Source of the DNA: a virus
Virus record (IMG/VR): IMGVR_UViG_3300009509_001033
Span: 5,804-69,803 of that record
Strand: one strand, 5' to 3'
Length of the DNA stretch: 64,000 nucleotides
The translations under genes and the position numbers were made by a program. Below the pieces are notes generated by a model that was given only the letters and a program-made list of their open reading frames with translations, did no database searches and was not told the origin of the DNA. Of the stretch, positions 10,086-19,226 are shown one piece after another; the first letter of the stretch is position 1; the number at the start of each line of letters is the position of its first letter.

Positions 10086-10182
10086 AGTCTATATACTAGC
10101 AATCAAATATTGGCTTAGTGGTGATGAATGGAAGTTTGCCAAGGAGTATGCAGAAGCTCTAGTAAAGGGATTTAAGAAATGA
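10072..10182 (+). CDS. 36-aa hypothetical protein not in the ORF track (MDTIRVYILAIKYWLSGDEWKFAKEYAEALVKGFKK)
   Basis: GAGGA RBS; fills the gap and ends in ATGA overlap with next gene. Confidence 0.6.
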   Translation: MDTIRVYILAIKYWLSGDEWKFAKEYAEALVKGFKK

Positions 10183-10448
10183 ACTTTGATGATATATTTG
10201 ACCAGATAGAAAACCTTATTGATGGTACAAGTGTTGAGGGTAAGATAGAACTCGACTATACTGCAAAGTGTCTTCTCTGGACTATTAGAGCACTAGATGA
10301 ACTGCATAAGCTAGGTTTAGTATCTGAGGGACCATTCAGAATTAATAATGTAGAATGGGCCAATGAATTGTTAGGTGATTTTAAGCCAGCAATGCAAGAT
10401 ATAGAAGATGTAATGACTTGGATGAAAAAGGAGGGTTTTGTAGGATGA
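10179..10448 (+). CDS. hypothetical protein
   Basis: ATGA-coupled; N-terminus similar to next gene. Confidence 0.6.
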   Translation: MNFDDIFDQIENLIDGTSVEGKIELDYTAKCLLWTIRALDELHKLGLVSEGPFRINNVEWANELLGDFKPAMQDIEDVMTWMKKEGFVG

Positions 10449-11209
10449 GTTTTGATGATATATTTGACCAAATCAATGATTTGATTGACAATCCCATAGA
10501 AGATAGAACTGATAAGAAGACACAATATGTTGCATTTGTTCTTGATATGAGTGGATCAATGTTCAGCATTAAGGATGTGGCCATTAACAGCTTTAATGAG
10601 CAACTTCAGGAATTGAAAAAGCAAGATGATATTGAAACTAAAGTTATTATCACTATCTTTAATAGTGCTCCTGTAATGATGGATGGTGTTGATGTAGTCT
10701 CATTGGAAAGTGTTGAAGAGTTAAATGAACATACTTATTTTCCAAATGGAATGACTGCTCTTTATGATGCAATTGGGTTCACAGTTAATAAGGTGTTACA
10801 GACATATAAAGATGATAAAGATGATACTGCTGTTCTGTTTGTAGTTATTACTGATGGACAAGAAAATAACTCCATGGAGTTTAATCAACAATCTATCAAG
10901 AAAATGACAGAGGAACTAGAGAAGACCGAAAGATGGACCTTTACCTATCTTGGAGCCAATGTCAATCCTCTTGAGACTGCTGTTGCAGCTATGTCATATC
11001 AACTTAGCAATACAATGTCATGGCAAGCTGATCAACAGGGTACAGTAAGAATGAGTGATACACTATCAAAGGGCATTAATGAATATTATACAATGAGAAG
11101 AGGTGGTGGTAATATGACCTCTTGTTTCTTCAATGATACCAAAACAGATGATGAGGATGATAGTCAAAGGCTTGCAACATTAACCGATGGAACAACAAGC
11201 AAGGAGTAG
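10445..11209 (+). CDS. von Willebrand factor A domain protein (start refined to 10445)
   Basis: MIDAS FVLDMSGSM, GMTALYDAIG, VVITDGQENNS, WTFTYLGAN. Confidence 0.9.
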   Translation: MSFDDIFDQINDLIDNPIEDRTDKKTQYVAFVLDMSGSMFSIKDVAINSFNEQLQELKKQDDIETKVIITIFNSAPVMMDGVDVVSLESVEELNEHTYFPNGMTALYDAIGFTVNKVLQTYKDDKDDTAVLFVVITDGQENNSMEFNQQSIKKMTEELEKTERWTFTYLGANVNPLETAVAAMSYQLSNTMSWQADQQGTVRMSDTLSKGINEYYTMRRGGGNMTSCFFNDTKTDDEDDSQRLATLTDGTTSKE

Positions 11210-11212
11210 ACA

Positions 11213-11584
11213 ATGGGTTTATTTGATGATCTTTTCACTCCTGATGATTTCAGGATTGATGATGATGATGAGCCACAAGTAGAGGAAGAGAGTTTAGAGG
11301 AAGAAGAGGATAAATGTGATCATGCAGAAACGGATCAAACATGTGGACCTGACTGTGATCCTGATGCCTGTAGCTGTGATTGTGATCATGATCCTGACTT
11401 TGATCAAGATCCTACCCTTCTAGACGATGATTATTGTGATGATTGTGGTTGTGACCCATGTGAGTGTTTTGAAGATCTTGATGATGAAGATGATGAAGAA
11501 CAAGACAGTGGAACATGGGATACTGGTTACAGGAAACCTCCAGTCCCTAAAGGTGTGTGGAAACCCAAACATTGGAAAGCATAG
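11213..11584 (+). CDS. highly acidic Cys-rich protein
   Basis: AGGAG RBS; D/E-rich with many Cys, basic C-terminal tail. Confidence 0.6.
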   Translation: MGLFDDLFTPDDFRIDDDDEPQVEEESLEEEEDKCDHAETDQTCGPDCDPDACSCDCDHDPDFDQDPTLLDDDYCDDCGCDPCECFEDLDDEDDEEQDSGTWDTGYRKPPVPKGVWKPKHWKA

Positions 11585-11593
11585 GAGGATGAA

Positions 11594-11872
11594 ATGAAAA
11601 AATGTGCTGCTATTTTGATAGGATTAATGTTTTTGTTGTCTGCTTGTGGTATGTTTGTCAAAGAGGATAAAATTACTAAAGCAGTGGAGAAACAAGGTTA
11701 TACAAATGTTCAGGTGCTCGACAAACATATTTTCTTTGTTGGTTGGAGAGGTTGTTCCAAAAGTGATGAAGCAGCATTTGATGTACTTGCAACAAATGCT
11801 TTAGGTCAAAATGTTGATTTAGTTGTTTGTGCAGGTTGGCCTTTTAAGGGTGTAACAGTTAGAAGTAAATGA
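11594..11872 (+). CDS. putative lipoprotein
   Basis: Signal peptide with lipobox LSAC. Confidence 0.75.
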   Translation: MKKCAAILIGLMFLLSACGMFVKEDKITKAVEKQGYTNVQVLDKHIFFVGWRGCSKSDEAAFDVLATNALGQNVDLVVCAGWPFKGVTVRSK

Positions 11873-12930
11873 GACAAGCATTAACATATGATGATGTAAT
11901 ATTAGTCCCTGCTTATAATCATTATGAATCCAGAAAGGACGTGGATATCTCTATGGTTGATAAGACAGGGACTTTGCATTTAGACCTACCTATAATGTCT
12001 GCCAACATGGATACTATCACTGAAGATGCCATGGCAAAATGGATAAGAAAAAAAGGTGGAATTGGTGTGATCCATAGATTCATGCCAATTGATGAAAATG
12101 TAGAGGTCTTTAAACGAACTATTGATTATACTGGTCCTGAAGATCCCACTAATCCAGCACATGTTCCTCCAGGAATGATGAACTATAAATGCTTTGTCTC
12201 TATAGGGACAGGTGAAAAGGAACTAGAGAGAGCAGATGCATTAAGAAGTGTTGGTGCTCAGAATTTTTGTGTTGATGTAGCTCATGCACATGCAAAGTAT
12301 GTAGGTAAGGTATTAAAAAAGTTAAGAGACATTCTTGGAAGTAATGCTCTTATCATGGCAGGAAATGTTGCAACATATGCTGGAGCAGATTACTTAGCAT
12401 CCATGGGAGCAGATATAATCAAAGTCGGTATAGGCTCTGGATCTGCATGTACTACACGTTTAAAGACAGGTCACGGTGTGCCTATGATAACTGCAATCCA
12501 GGAGTGCTCTAGAGTAGGTAGATCTATAGTGGCTGATGGTGGAATTAGATATCCAGGAGATATTGTAAAGGCTCTTGCTTTTGGTGCTGATTTTGTAATG
12601 ATAGGTGGGATGCTTGCTGGAACTACACCAACTCCTGGTGACCCACAGTTTGCTTATGATGGTGCTGAAGGTCTATGTAAAATATACCGTGGAATGGCAA
12701 GTGAAGAAGTTCAAGGTAATGCAGATTGGAAAACTGCTGAAGGTATATCAGTTAGGGTTCCTTTTCGTAGGGATGAAGATAAGATAATTCAAGATATAAT
12801 TGGTGGGCTAAGATCTGGGCTTACTTATGCTGGAGCTATTAACATCAGGGAACTTCAAAGAAAGCTGAACTGGCTTACCGTCACTTCTAATGGGCTTAGA
12901 GAAGCTTTTCCTCATATTAGGTCTACCTGA
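11869..12930 (+). CDS. guaB: IMP dehydrogenase / GMP reductase family, no CBS domain
   Basis: LTYDDVILVP, SANMDT, VDVAHAH, AGNVAT, KVGIGSGSACTTR, ADGGI, YRGMAS. Confidence 0.9.
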   Translation: MRQALTYDDVILVPAYNHYESRKDVDISMVDKTGTLHLDLPIMSANMDTITEDAMAKWIRKKGGIGVIHRFMPIDENVEVFKRTIDYTGPEDPTNPAHVPPGMMNYKCFVSIGTGEKELERADALRSVGAQNFCVDVAHAHAKYVGKVLKKLRDILGSNALIMAGNVATYAGADYLASMGADIIKVGIGSGSACTTRLKTGHGVPMITAIQECSRVGRSIVADGGIRYPGDIVKALAFGADFVMIGGMLAGTTPTPGDPQFAYDGAEGLCKIYRGMASEEVQGNADWKTAEGISVRVPFRRDEDKIIQDIIGGLRSGLTYAGAINIRELQRKLNWLTVTSNGLREAFPHIRST

Positions 12931-13134
12931 ACAATCATCACACATCAACCAATCTCTCCAATGATATGGTAATGTACTCATAAAATTTTCAGAGAAGACA
13001 TCTCCCATTCTTGTCATTGTGTTTGTCTTTTGAGGTTGATTGCAGTGAGAACATGGAGTCTCATCTGGATAATGACCCCATCTCCTATAAAAATTTTGTC
13101 GTTCTATATCTCTTTCTTCTTCAAAACTAAGCAT
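12808..13134 (-). CDS. hypothetical protein with two CxxC pairs
   Basis: CSHC..CDDC; convergent overlap with IMPDH end. Confidence 0.45.
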   Translation of the reverse strand: MLSFEEERDIERQNFYRRWGHYPDETPCSHCNQPQKTNTMTRMGDVFSENFMSTLPYHWRDWLMCDDCSGRPNMRKSFSKPIRSDGKPVQLSLKFPDVNSSSISKPRS

Positions 13135-13157
13135 CTTGCATCCTAACTCTATAGCTG

Positions 13158-13526
13158 TTATTGTGCATCTCTTTTGTATTTCCTGTGACCATATTGATAA
13201 CTACCACCAAAAAAGTCAAGTAGGTAATCTATCCTTTCTACATCTTCAACAAAGGCAAACTTATCATTGCTTCTTTCACTTTCTTTCACTCTGAGAACTT
13301 TGATTGTTTTTTCTACTGAGAGGTATGGAGGTTCGTAATCATCATAAAAGCCAAATCTTCCATAGATTCCCTTTCCTCCCATATATGTTCCTTCTTGCCT
13401 GTATGTATAACCAGTATAGATCATTTTCTTTGGAGGATCTAGCTCTTTCCTTATCAATGTTCTATTATTGTCTACATATACAGGCTCTACTAATGCTTTT
13501 ACTATTACTTCATCACCTATCTTCAT
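13158..13526 (-). CDS. hypothetical protein
   Basis: Packed minus-strand operon. Confidence 0.6.
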   Translation of the reverse strand: MKIGDEVIVKALVEPVYVDNNRTLIRKELDPPKKMIYTGYTYRQEGTYMGGKGIYGRFGFYDDYEPPYLSVEKTIKVLRVKESERSNDKFAFVEDVERIDYLLDFFGGSYQYGHRKYKRDAQ

Positions 13527-13863
13527 TTAAATCCCTCTTAACTTCATCAATAAGTTCGTTAATTTCATTTGTTATATTTGTATAACAGCTTGGATGGTAC
13601 TTATCATCTAGCTTAAATCTTGGTTTTGTATGTACAGTTTTAAGGGTTTTGATTAAGAACTCTCGTAAGTAATAGCCAAGACATGTATCACATATATCAA
13701 GTTTCCAGGAAAGTGTAAACCAGATGGGCTTGTTAACAGTAGTTTGTTTCTCTAACATCTCTCTAGATGGTTGAACCAGTATTCCCTCTGGATCTTCTCT
13801 AGAAGACCATTCCCAGAACTGTTTACTGCATATTTCACAATAGTATATTGCTTTTCTACTCAT
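13513..13863 (-). CDS. hypothetical protein, two CxxC pairs
   Basis: CEIC..CDTC. Confidence 0.6.
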   Translation of the reverse strand: MSRKAIYYCEICSKQFWEWSSREDPEGILVQPSREMLEKQTTVNKPIWFTLSWKLDICDTCLGYYLREFLIKTLKTVHTKPRFKLDDKYHPSCYTNITNEINELIDEVKRDLNEDR

Positions 13864-14453
13864 TTCTTAGTTCCATAATCAAAGGGCTGATCTATAAGCA
13901 TTATAACTATGGCATTCCAGAACTTCTTTAGATAGATGAAATAGTATGGATCTATGACATCATCCATGTATGTAACATCACCATATTCAATGCCAAGCTT
14001 TTTGTTTTCCACCTTCCATATACTTTTAACATACCTGTCTGGAATACCATCAATATTATCGTCATAGAAGATCCAGTTCCATCTTTCCTTGACTATACGT
14101 TCCTTCCTGACTTCATCAAGTACATAAATTATTTTTGTAGCATGTACTTCTACTCCAGATTCAGGATCGTTTGTTCTCTTTGTAAGTTGGAACATGTAGA
14201 AGAGGTCTCTGTTTTCACTACCATCTGGATGTTCACCATATGCATTCACATAATGTGTTCTCCATTGATATACAGGACGTTCCTCTATATCTCCAAGAAG
14301 TATGAGATGTCTTACCATCTTTGCATAGTCTTCTTGTGTATAGTCATATTCCCATACTATTGGTGCTTCTTCAGGAACAACAAGATCTGGTTTAGGTGGT
14401 GCTGTTACACAAGAGACCATAAACAACAACAAAAACAATAATAGCTTTTTCAT
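13860..14453 (-). CDS. putative lipoprotein
   Basis: MKKLLLFLLLFMVSC lipobox-like signal. Confidence 0.7.
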   Translation of the reverse strand: MKKLLLFLLLFMVSCVTAPPKPDLVVPEEAPIVWEYDYTQEDYAKMVRHLILLGDIEERPVYQWRTHYVNAYGEHPDGSENRDLFYMFQLTKRTNDPESGVEVHATKIIYVLDEVRKERIVKERWNWIFYDDNIDGIPDRYVKSIWKVENKKLGIEYGDVTYMDDVIDPYYFIYLKKFWNAIVIMLIDQPFDYGTKK

Positions 14454-14462
14454 GGTTCTTTC

Positions 14463-15347
14463 CTAGTAGTCTGTTGTTATTGTCAAATGAAACGGATCAT
14501 TACACTCTTTTCTTCTAAGCCACAACCAGGAATCTATTTCTGATGCATTCCATCCTGTTTTTGATTGTAGCTCACTACACACAACAATTGTGGCAGCACG
14601 AATCTCACATTCCATCAGGTCATTTTTCGGTATCAGGTTTTGATTATTAACCATAGTTTTTAGTGGATCAAGGTATCTAATGCAGTCAAAATGCCTAAGC
14701 ATTTTTGGAACCTGATAGTCAGCAGGTATAGGTAGGTAGAGCATCATGTCTTTATACCATCCTAGTCTTCTGTATAGCTGGAGAAAAAACAGAGATGCCC
14801 TTTTCAAAAAGATGTCAGATGCAAAGCCAGGAAAGTTTTCTATAAGAGTTCTAAGATAAGTATATCCATCATTTTCAGGCTTAAGCTGATTATTGATGTA
14901 TCCATGGTGGATATGAGAAACAAGACCTTCTCCTATGATTGCAACCTCTGTTAAGTGCTTTATCCTTTCTTCAAGGAGAGGAAATCTATTCAGTGACAGT
15001 TTCATAGTGAGTCTATCAATACTTGCTTTTGCTGAAGTTGCATATCCATGAGGATCATAGCCTGTAAAAGCTTCATTGACAAGATCATACATCAATCCAG
15101 AGCCACACCCACCAGGACGTATAGTTGATTTGCCATACCAATAACAGTAATTGATAGAACTGGCAACCAATTCTTTTATAACTATATGTCTTTCATTTTC
15201 CCCTGTTGATTGTGGGGGAAATGGTGTGATGCCTGTCTTTGACATTTCATTTGCAAGTGCTTCTACATTTTCACCCAGAATATCTACATATTTGGCATTC
15301 TTCATGAACTCCCTTGATATCTCAAATACACTAGTAACCATCTCCAT
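14463..15347 (-). CDS. qng1: queuosine-nucleotide N-glycosylase / Q salvage protein (DUF2419)
   Basis: SINYCYW, FLKRA.L, PADYQVPKML, ECEIRAA, IDSWLW, PFHLTITTDY terminus. Confidence 0.85.
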   Translation of the reverse strand: MEMVTSVFEISREFMKNAKYVDILGENVEALANEMSKTGITPFPPQSTGENERHIVIKELVASSINYCYWYGKSTIRPGGCGSGLMYDLVNEAFTGYDPHGYATSAKASIDRLTMKLSLNRFPLLEERIKHLTEVAIIGEGLVSHIHHGYINNQLKPENDGYTYLRTLIENFPGFASDIFLKRASLFFLQLYRRLGWYKDMMLYLPIPADYQVPKMLRHFDCIRYLDPLKTMVNNQNLIPKNDLMECEIRAATIVVCSELQSKTGWNASEIDSWLWLRRKECNDPFHLTITTDY

Positions 15348-15542
15348 TTAAAGTCCTCCTTGTCTTAATAGCCATTCAAGATGGTTCTCACTCTTTTCGA
15401 TTACATGGTGAGTCCATCCCTCTTTTGTGGGAAAATCGTTTTTGATGCTTGCCATTAAACCAAAGGCTTGTAATGAGTCTTTGCAACCTTGGTGCAAGAC
15501 CTCTTCTGTTTCCCAATTAACTGATATTAACATTGCTTTCAT
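15348..15542 (-). CDS. hypothetical protein
   Basis: Packed operon. Confidence 0.55.
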   Translation of the reverse strand: MKAMLISVNWETEEVLHQGCKDSLQAFGLMASIKNDFPTKEGWTHHVIEKSENHLEWLLRQGGL

Positions 15543-15796
15543 TTGTAATCTCCATCTTCAAGGAAAAATTGATCACTCCAGTAATACCTATACCACCACC
15601 AGAAGAAAAATTTTTTCATCTTCACTCCAATACATTCTTGTTGTATATAAGCAGTCTCTAACCATCTCCACTGTGCTAGATCAGATGGATCATATCTTCC
15701 TACTGGTAGTCTCTTAGGTATGAAGAGGAACTTCTTTTTAGAACGTACATCATACCTCTTGTGTTTTGGATCTGGTAATTTATCCCCCCATCTCAT
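15539..15796 (-). CDS. hypothetical protein
   Basis: Packed operon. Confidence 0.55.
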   Translation of the reverse strand: MRWGDKLPDPKHKRYDVRSKKKFLFIPKRLPVGRYDPSDLAQWRWLETAYIQQECIGVKMKKFFFWWWYRYYWSDQFFLEDGDYK

Positions 15797-16110
15797 TTTC
15801 CTAAGACCTCTTCAAGGCAAACATTTTTTGCTTTTTCATATTGTGCTTCTACTGATTTCCTTTTACAATTTATTCTATACTGGTGTTGCTTGATTCGTTC
15901 TGTTATACCAAGCATATAATCAACCATTTTGTGTCCATGTGTCTCTGGGTGACAAAGAACTTCTTCAAGGCATTCATCATGATAGGCCCAATGTCTCATT
16001 ATATAGCCATAATCACTATATTCAGGAACAAGCTTTACGTTTTTACGTGAACGACAAAAAGGACATTTTTTCCAGTACGTTAAAAAATTAAACCTAGCTA
16101 TTTCAGCCAT
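15793..16110 (-). CDS. hypothetical protein, possible Zn binding
   Basis: CPFC..HDEC; AGGAG RBS. Confidence 0.6.
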   Translation of the reverse strand: MAEIARFNFLTYWKKCPFCRSRKNVKLVPEYSDYGYIMRHWAYHDECLEEVLCHPETHGHKMVDYMLGITERIKQHQYRINCKRKSVEAQYEKAKNVCLEEVLGK

Positions 16111-16123
16111 ATCCTACTCCTTT

Positions 16124-16921
16124 CTAATCTTCATCGAACATGCTAATAACACCTTCCTCTTCTTCCTCTTGTATTTCCATAGAAGCAGTGGCAAGGTCTT
16201 TAGCAGCATCTATTTCTGCCTGTGCCTGTAGCACTATTGGTCTTCCAAAGTCTTCCCATACACGTCTAGCTTTAATCTGATAATCCTGTGCTGTACCTGC
16301 TGAGATTGAATCTTCACTTGCATAAGCTGTGAAGAATGCTTCTGGACAAGGAATGCCAATATAACCATATTGAAAGAACTTTAACCATAATGCCCAATCA
16401 AGGAGTCTCTTATATTTCTGCTCCATTACAGGACCACCAATGAACTCAAGGTAGTCATATTTGATTAGGCTATTTGATGAAATGTAGTTACCTTTGATAA
16501 GTCTGTTAATATCGTAAGGTTCACATGGGAATTGCCTATTGATTGCACCTTTGAACTCAAAGCTGCAATAACAGAATGCATGTCGTTCACTTGATTGCTT
16601 GATAACAGCTAATAGTCTATCTAGCATGTGTCTACCAAGCTTGATATCTTTGTCGAGTGGCAGTATATAGGGGATCTTCAGGGTACTTCTCATTTGGAAG
16701 TATTTTCTGCTACCATACCACCAGTTTGTGGGAATGTTATATTCTCCGGTACATGTAATCCAGGTAAAGGGTAATTCATTTCTTTTGATAGTTACTTTTG
16801 TTTCTCTGGAAATTTTGTGTCCTGGTAGCAATGGAGTAGCTACTAGGATTTCTGAGTAATCATCTTCTCTAACAATCTGTATATCTACATTCATATTTTT
16901 ATCCCTACTCTTAGGCACCAA
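16124..16921 (-). CDS. GT2-like glycosyltransferase
   Basis: YILPLDKD DxD-like motif, GNYISSNSLI, LLDWALWL. Confidence 0.75.
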   Translation of the reverse strand: MVPKSRDKNMNVDIQIVREDDYSEILVATPLLPGHKISRETKVTIKRNELPFTWITCTGEYNIPTNWWYGSRKYFQMRSTLKIPYILPLDKDIKLGRHMLDRLLAVIKQSSERHAFCYCSFEFKGAINRQFPCEPYDINRLIKGNYISSNSLIKYDYLEFIGGPVMEQKYKRLLDWALWLKFFQYGYIGIPCPEAFFTAYASEDSISAGTAQDYQIKARRVWEDFGRPIVLQAQAEIDAAKDLATASMEIQEEEEEGVISMFDED

Positions 16922-17139
16922 TTAATAAAGTCAGGATCTACTGTCTCTTTAATAGGTTTAAATTCTTTCCTCTCACTTTTAGGTATACGAAAACACTTAG
17001 AGCATCTGTCAAAATATTCAGTGGGAAGAGATAGTTCTTCAGTTGGATTGTTTATATATGCCAATCCACACATTGAATGTCTCCCATTGCCACTTAACAC
17101 TTTATGAAGCTTACCAGTACCACTAAAACCATATCTCAT
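16891..17139 (-). CDS. small putative Zn-binding protein (start refined)
   Basis: GGGAG RBS before MRYGF; GKLHK..CG..CSKCF. Confidence 0.55.
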   Translation of the reverse strand: MRYGFSGTGKLHKVLSGNGRHSMCGLAYINNPTEELSLPTEYFDRCSKCFRIPKSERKEFKPIKETVDPDFINWCLRVGIKI

Positions 17140-17211
17140 GGTATTCTCCCTTTCTGACATCATCAATATTCTGCCAGTTAGTCTTCCACCACCTACCATA
17201 TATAACTCCTA

Positions 17212-17490
17212 TTATAACCTAAAAAGATCATCTGGTAAACTCATATCTTGATAAATTACTAGATCTGGAAAACATCGTCTACAAAAGGTCTTTCTGCCTA
17301 GATCTAGAGCTTCTTGAGGAAGCTCTTTATATCTGATATCAGACCATTGTTCATATCTTGAAGAACCACATTTAAAATCGTCATACTTGCCCATCTTATG
17401 GACTTTTCCAACTGGACCTGGAATCCAATAGTGCTTCTTTCTATTTTCCTTTTTGTTTTTCCAGACGTATTTCCAAACTCTTTTACTCAT
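17212..17490 (-). CDS. small putative Zn-binding protein, paralog of previous
   Basis: GKVHK..CG..CRRCF. Confidence 0.6.
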   Translation of the reverse strand: MSKRVWKYVWKNKKENRKKHYWIPGPVGKVHKMGKYDDFKCGSSRYEQWSDIRYKELPQEALDLGRKTFCRRCFPDLVIYQDMSLPDDLFRL

Positions 17491-17774
17491 ATCTCAAATA
17501 GTTCATCTTCTAGTGTTATATCAAATGGGAAAACCTCTTCTTCTTCCTCACAAACACAATCATAATATGGGAGATTGCAACCTATACATAATAGGTCTGG
17601 TTGAGGATATTTGGGAAAATATTTTGACTGCCCTGGAGGTCTTTTGTAGTTAAGTTTTCTATCAAGAAACTCTCCATCCGATAGGTGAAGCCATTCACCT
17701 TTATCATCATCCCATATTGAAATATCTCTATTATCTGGATTTATATATAGTTCACCATGTCGTGGTTTAGCCAT
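17487..17774 (-). CDS. hypothetical protein
   Basis: CIGC..CVC, acidic tail. Confidence 0.6.
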   Translation of the reverse strand: MAKPRHGELYINPDNRDISIWDDDKGEWLHLSDGEFLDRKLNYKRPPGQSKYFPKYPQPDLLCIGCNLPYYDCVCEEEEEVFPFDITLEDELFEI

Positions 17775-18082
17775 TAATCGTTCTCCATCAATCTACAGAG
17801 CACTCTAACGTGACCGTCTAGCTTCTCTTTTATATTATCTAGTGCAGATTGAAGTGCATCTCTATACATTCCCCAACCCTCTTCACTAATGCTTTTCATC
17901 TCTTCTGTTAAAGCAAGTGTCTCAAGAGCCATGAGTGAATCTACAATTGCAGATAAATGATTATATATGTCGTGGATATCCTCAAGTTCATGAACCAAGG
18001 ATATAGATACGGAAGGTTTAATATTAGAGAAGTTACCAGTGTTAATGGTCATTTCTCTAGACAATTCTAGTTTTGTTTTCAT
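17774..18082 (-). CDS. hypothetical phage protein
   Basis: TINTGNFSNIK pattern; coupled ORF. Confidence 0.6.
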   Translation of the reverse strand: MKTKLELSREMTINTGNFSNIKPSVSISLVHELEDIHDIYNHLSAIVDSLMALETLALTEEMKSISEEGWGMYRDALQSALDNIKEKLDGHVRVLCRLMEND

Positions 18083-18936
18083 CTCTCAACACACTTTCGT
18101 ATTACATCTACTGTATTAGTTATAAGCATCTCTGGAAAAACCTTAGAGATATTCTTATATATATCTAATAAAACAATTTCTTTGACACCACAATATGAAT
18201 CAATTTCAAGAGCAAGCTGCATCAGATTCTTTATAGGTGGGAAAACAGCATGATAATATCTATGCTCTTCTGGTAATAACGGATAACAACCCATATACAT
18301 GGCATCAAAAATATCAGGATTCAAATACCCTATCTCATAATTGTTAGGTGTATCTATTAGTACAAAGCATTTTATATTACTCCAAGAAAAGTCCTTTCTT
18401 GTAACTCCTGCATTCTTATATTCGTCTATTTTATGTTTCGGTAAAGATGCAGTATAGTGTACTTTGTATTTTGGAAAATGTTCAGATAGTTCTACATAAT
18501 AGGCTTCAAATCCTTTAAGCCTATTCTTTAGTGTACCTATATGCCCCAAGTCAATTTCCTTTTTATCACCACCATCTGGAAGAGTGTTGATTGTTATCTC
18601 TTCTGTCCATGGGGGAAGAAAAGAAAATCCTTCTCTATGATTTATTGCTGGTTCAAAGAAGGAGACATTAAACTTCTTTAGATAGTTAAACTCTCTTTCA
18701 ATAATGTCTAGATACCTATCAAATAAGACAACTGGCTTTTTTGATGATGCATAAAAGTCTACCACTGCTGCTTGTGTGGCAAGCTTATCTTTATCTTTTA
18801 CATAACGTGGTATCCAGTCAATTAATATAGAGTCTACATCTGGAAGTTTATCTTCATTCTCAAGATATACCAGTTCGTATGTTTTAGGCATGTGACCTAA
18901 AAGCCTTTTATCACAGTTAAATACACCTAGTCTCAT
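18079..18936 (-). CDS. GT-B fold protein resembling T4 DNA beta-glucosyltransferase
   Basis: KKEIDLGHIG..R and VLIDTPNNYEIGYLNPDIFDAMYMGCYPLLPEE parallel the BGT C-terminal domain as recalled. Confidence 0.45.
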   Translation of the reverse strand: MRLGVFNCDKRLLGHMPKTYELVYLENEDKLPDVDSILIDWIPRYVKDKDKLATQAAVVDFYASSKKPVVLFDRYLDIIEREFNYLKKFNVSFFEPAINHREGFSFLPPWTEEITINTLPDGGDKKEIDLGHIGTLKNRLKGFEAYYVELSEHFPKYKVHYTASLPKHKIDEYKNAGVTRKDFSWSNIKCFVLIDTPNNYEIGYLNPDIFDAMYMGCYPLLPEEHRYYHAVFPPIKNLMQLALEIDSYCGVKEIVLLDIYKNISKVFPEMLITNTVDVIRKCVER

Positions 18937-19226
18937 TATTCACCTTTCGGTACTATTGATCTTTTTTGAGCCTGTTTCTGTGGATTATCACTACTTTTCT
19001 TTGGTAGCATAGGTTCTGCTATTTTCTTTCTTACCGGATCGGTAACTGCATCTAATCTGCATTCTGTACTTAAAGAATTTATAATTATTCTTCTAGTATT
19101 GAGCAAAGTATATAAATACCTAGTTGCTTCATCTGAAGAATAAGCTGCAATGTATGCAGTCCATGATTGATCACGGTTACCATCCATTTCATAATCAAGT
19201 CTGTAAACTTCAACTCTTTTAGCCAT
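18936..19226 (-). CDS. hypothetical protein
   Basis: Packed operon. Confidence 0.6.
   Translation of the reverse strand: MAKRVEVYRLDYEMDGNRDQSWTAYIAAYSSDEATRYLYTLLNTRRIIINSLSTECRLDAVTDPVRKKIAEPMLPKKSSDNPQKQAQKRSIVPKGE

Noticed and set aside
12808-12930. Convergent 123-bp overlap as a regulatory device
   Set aside because: More simply a run-on tail of a small ORF at the strand switch; no structure seen.
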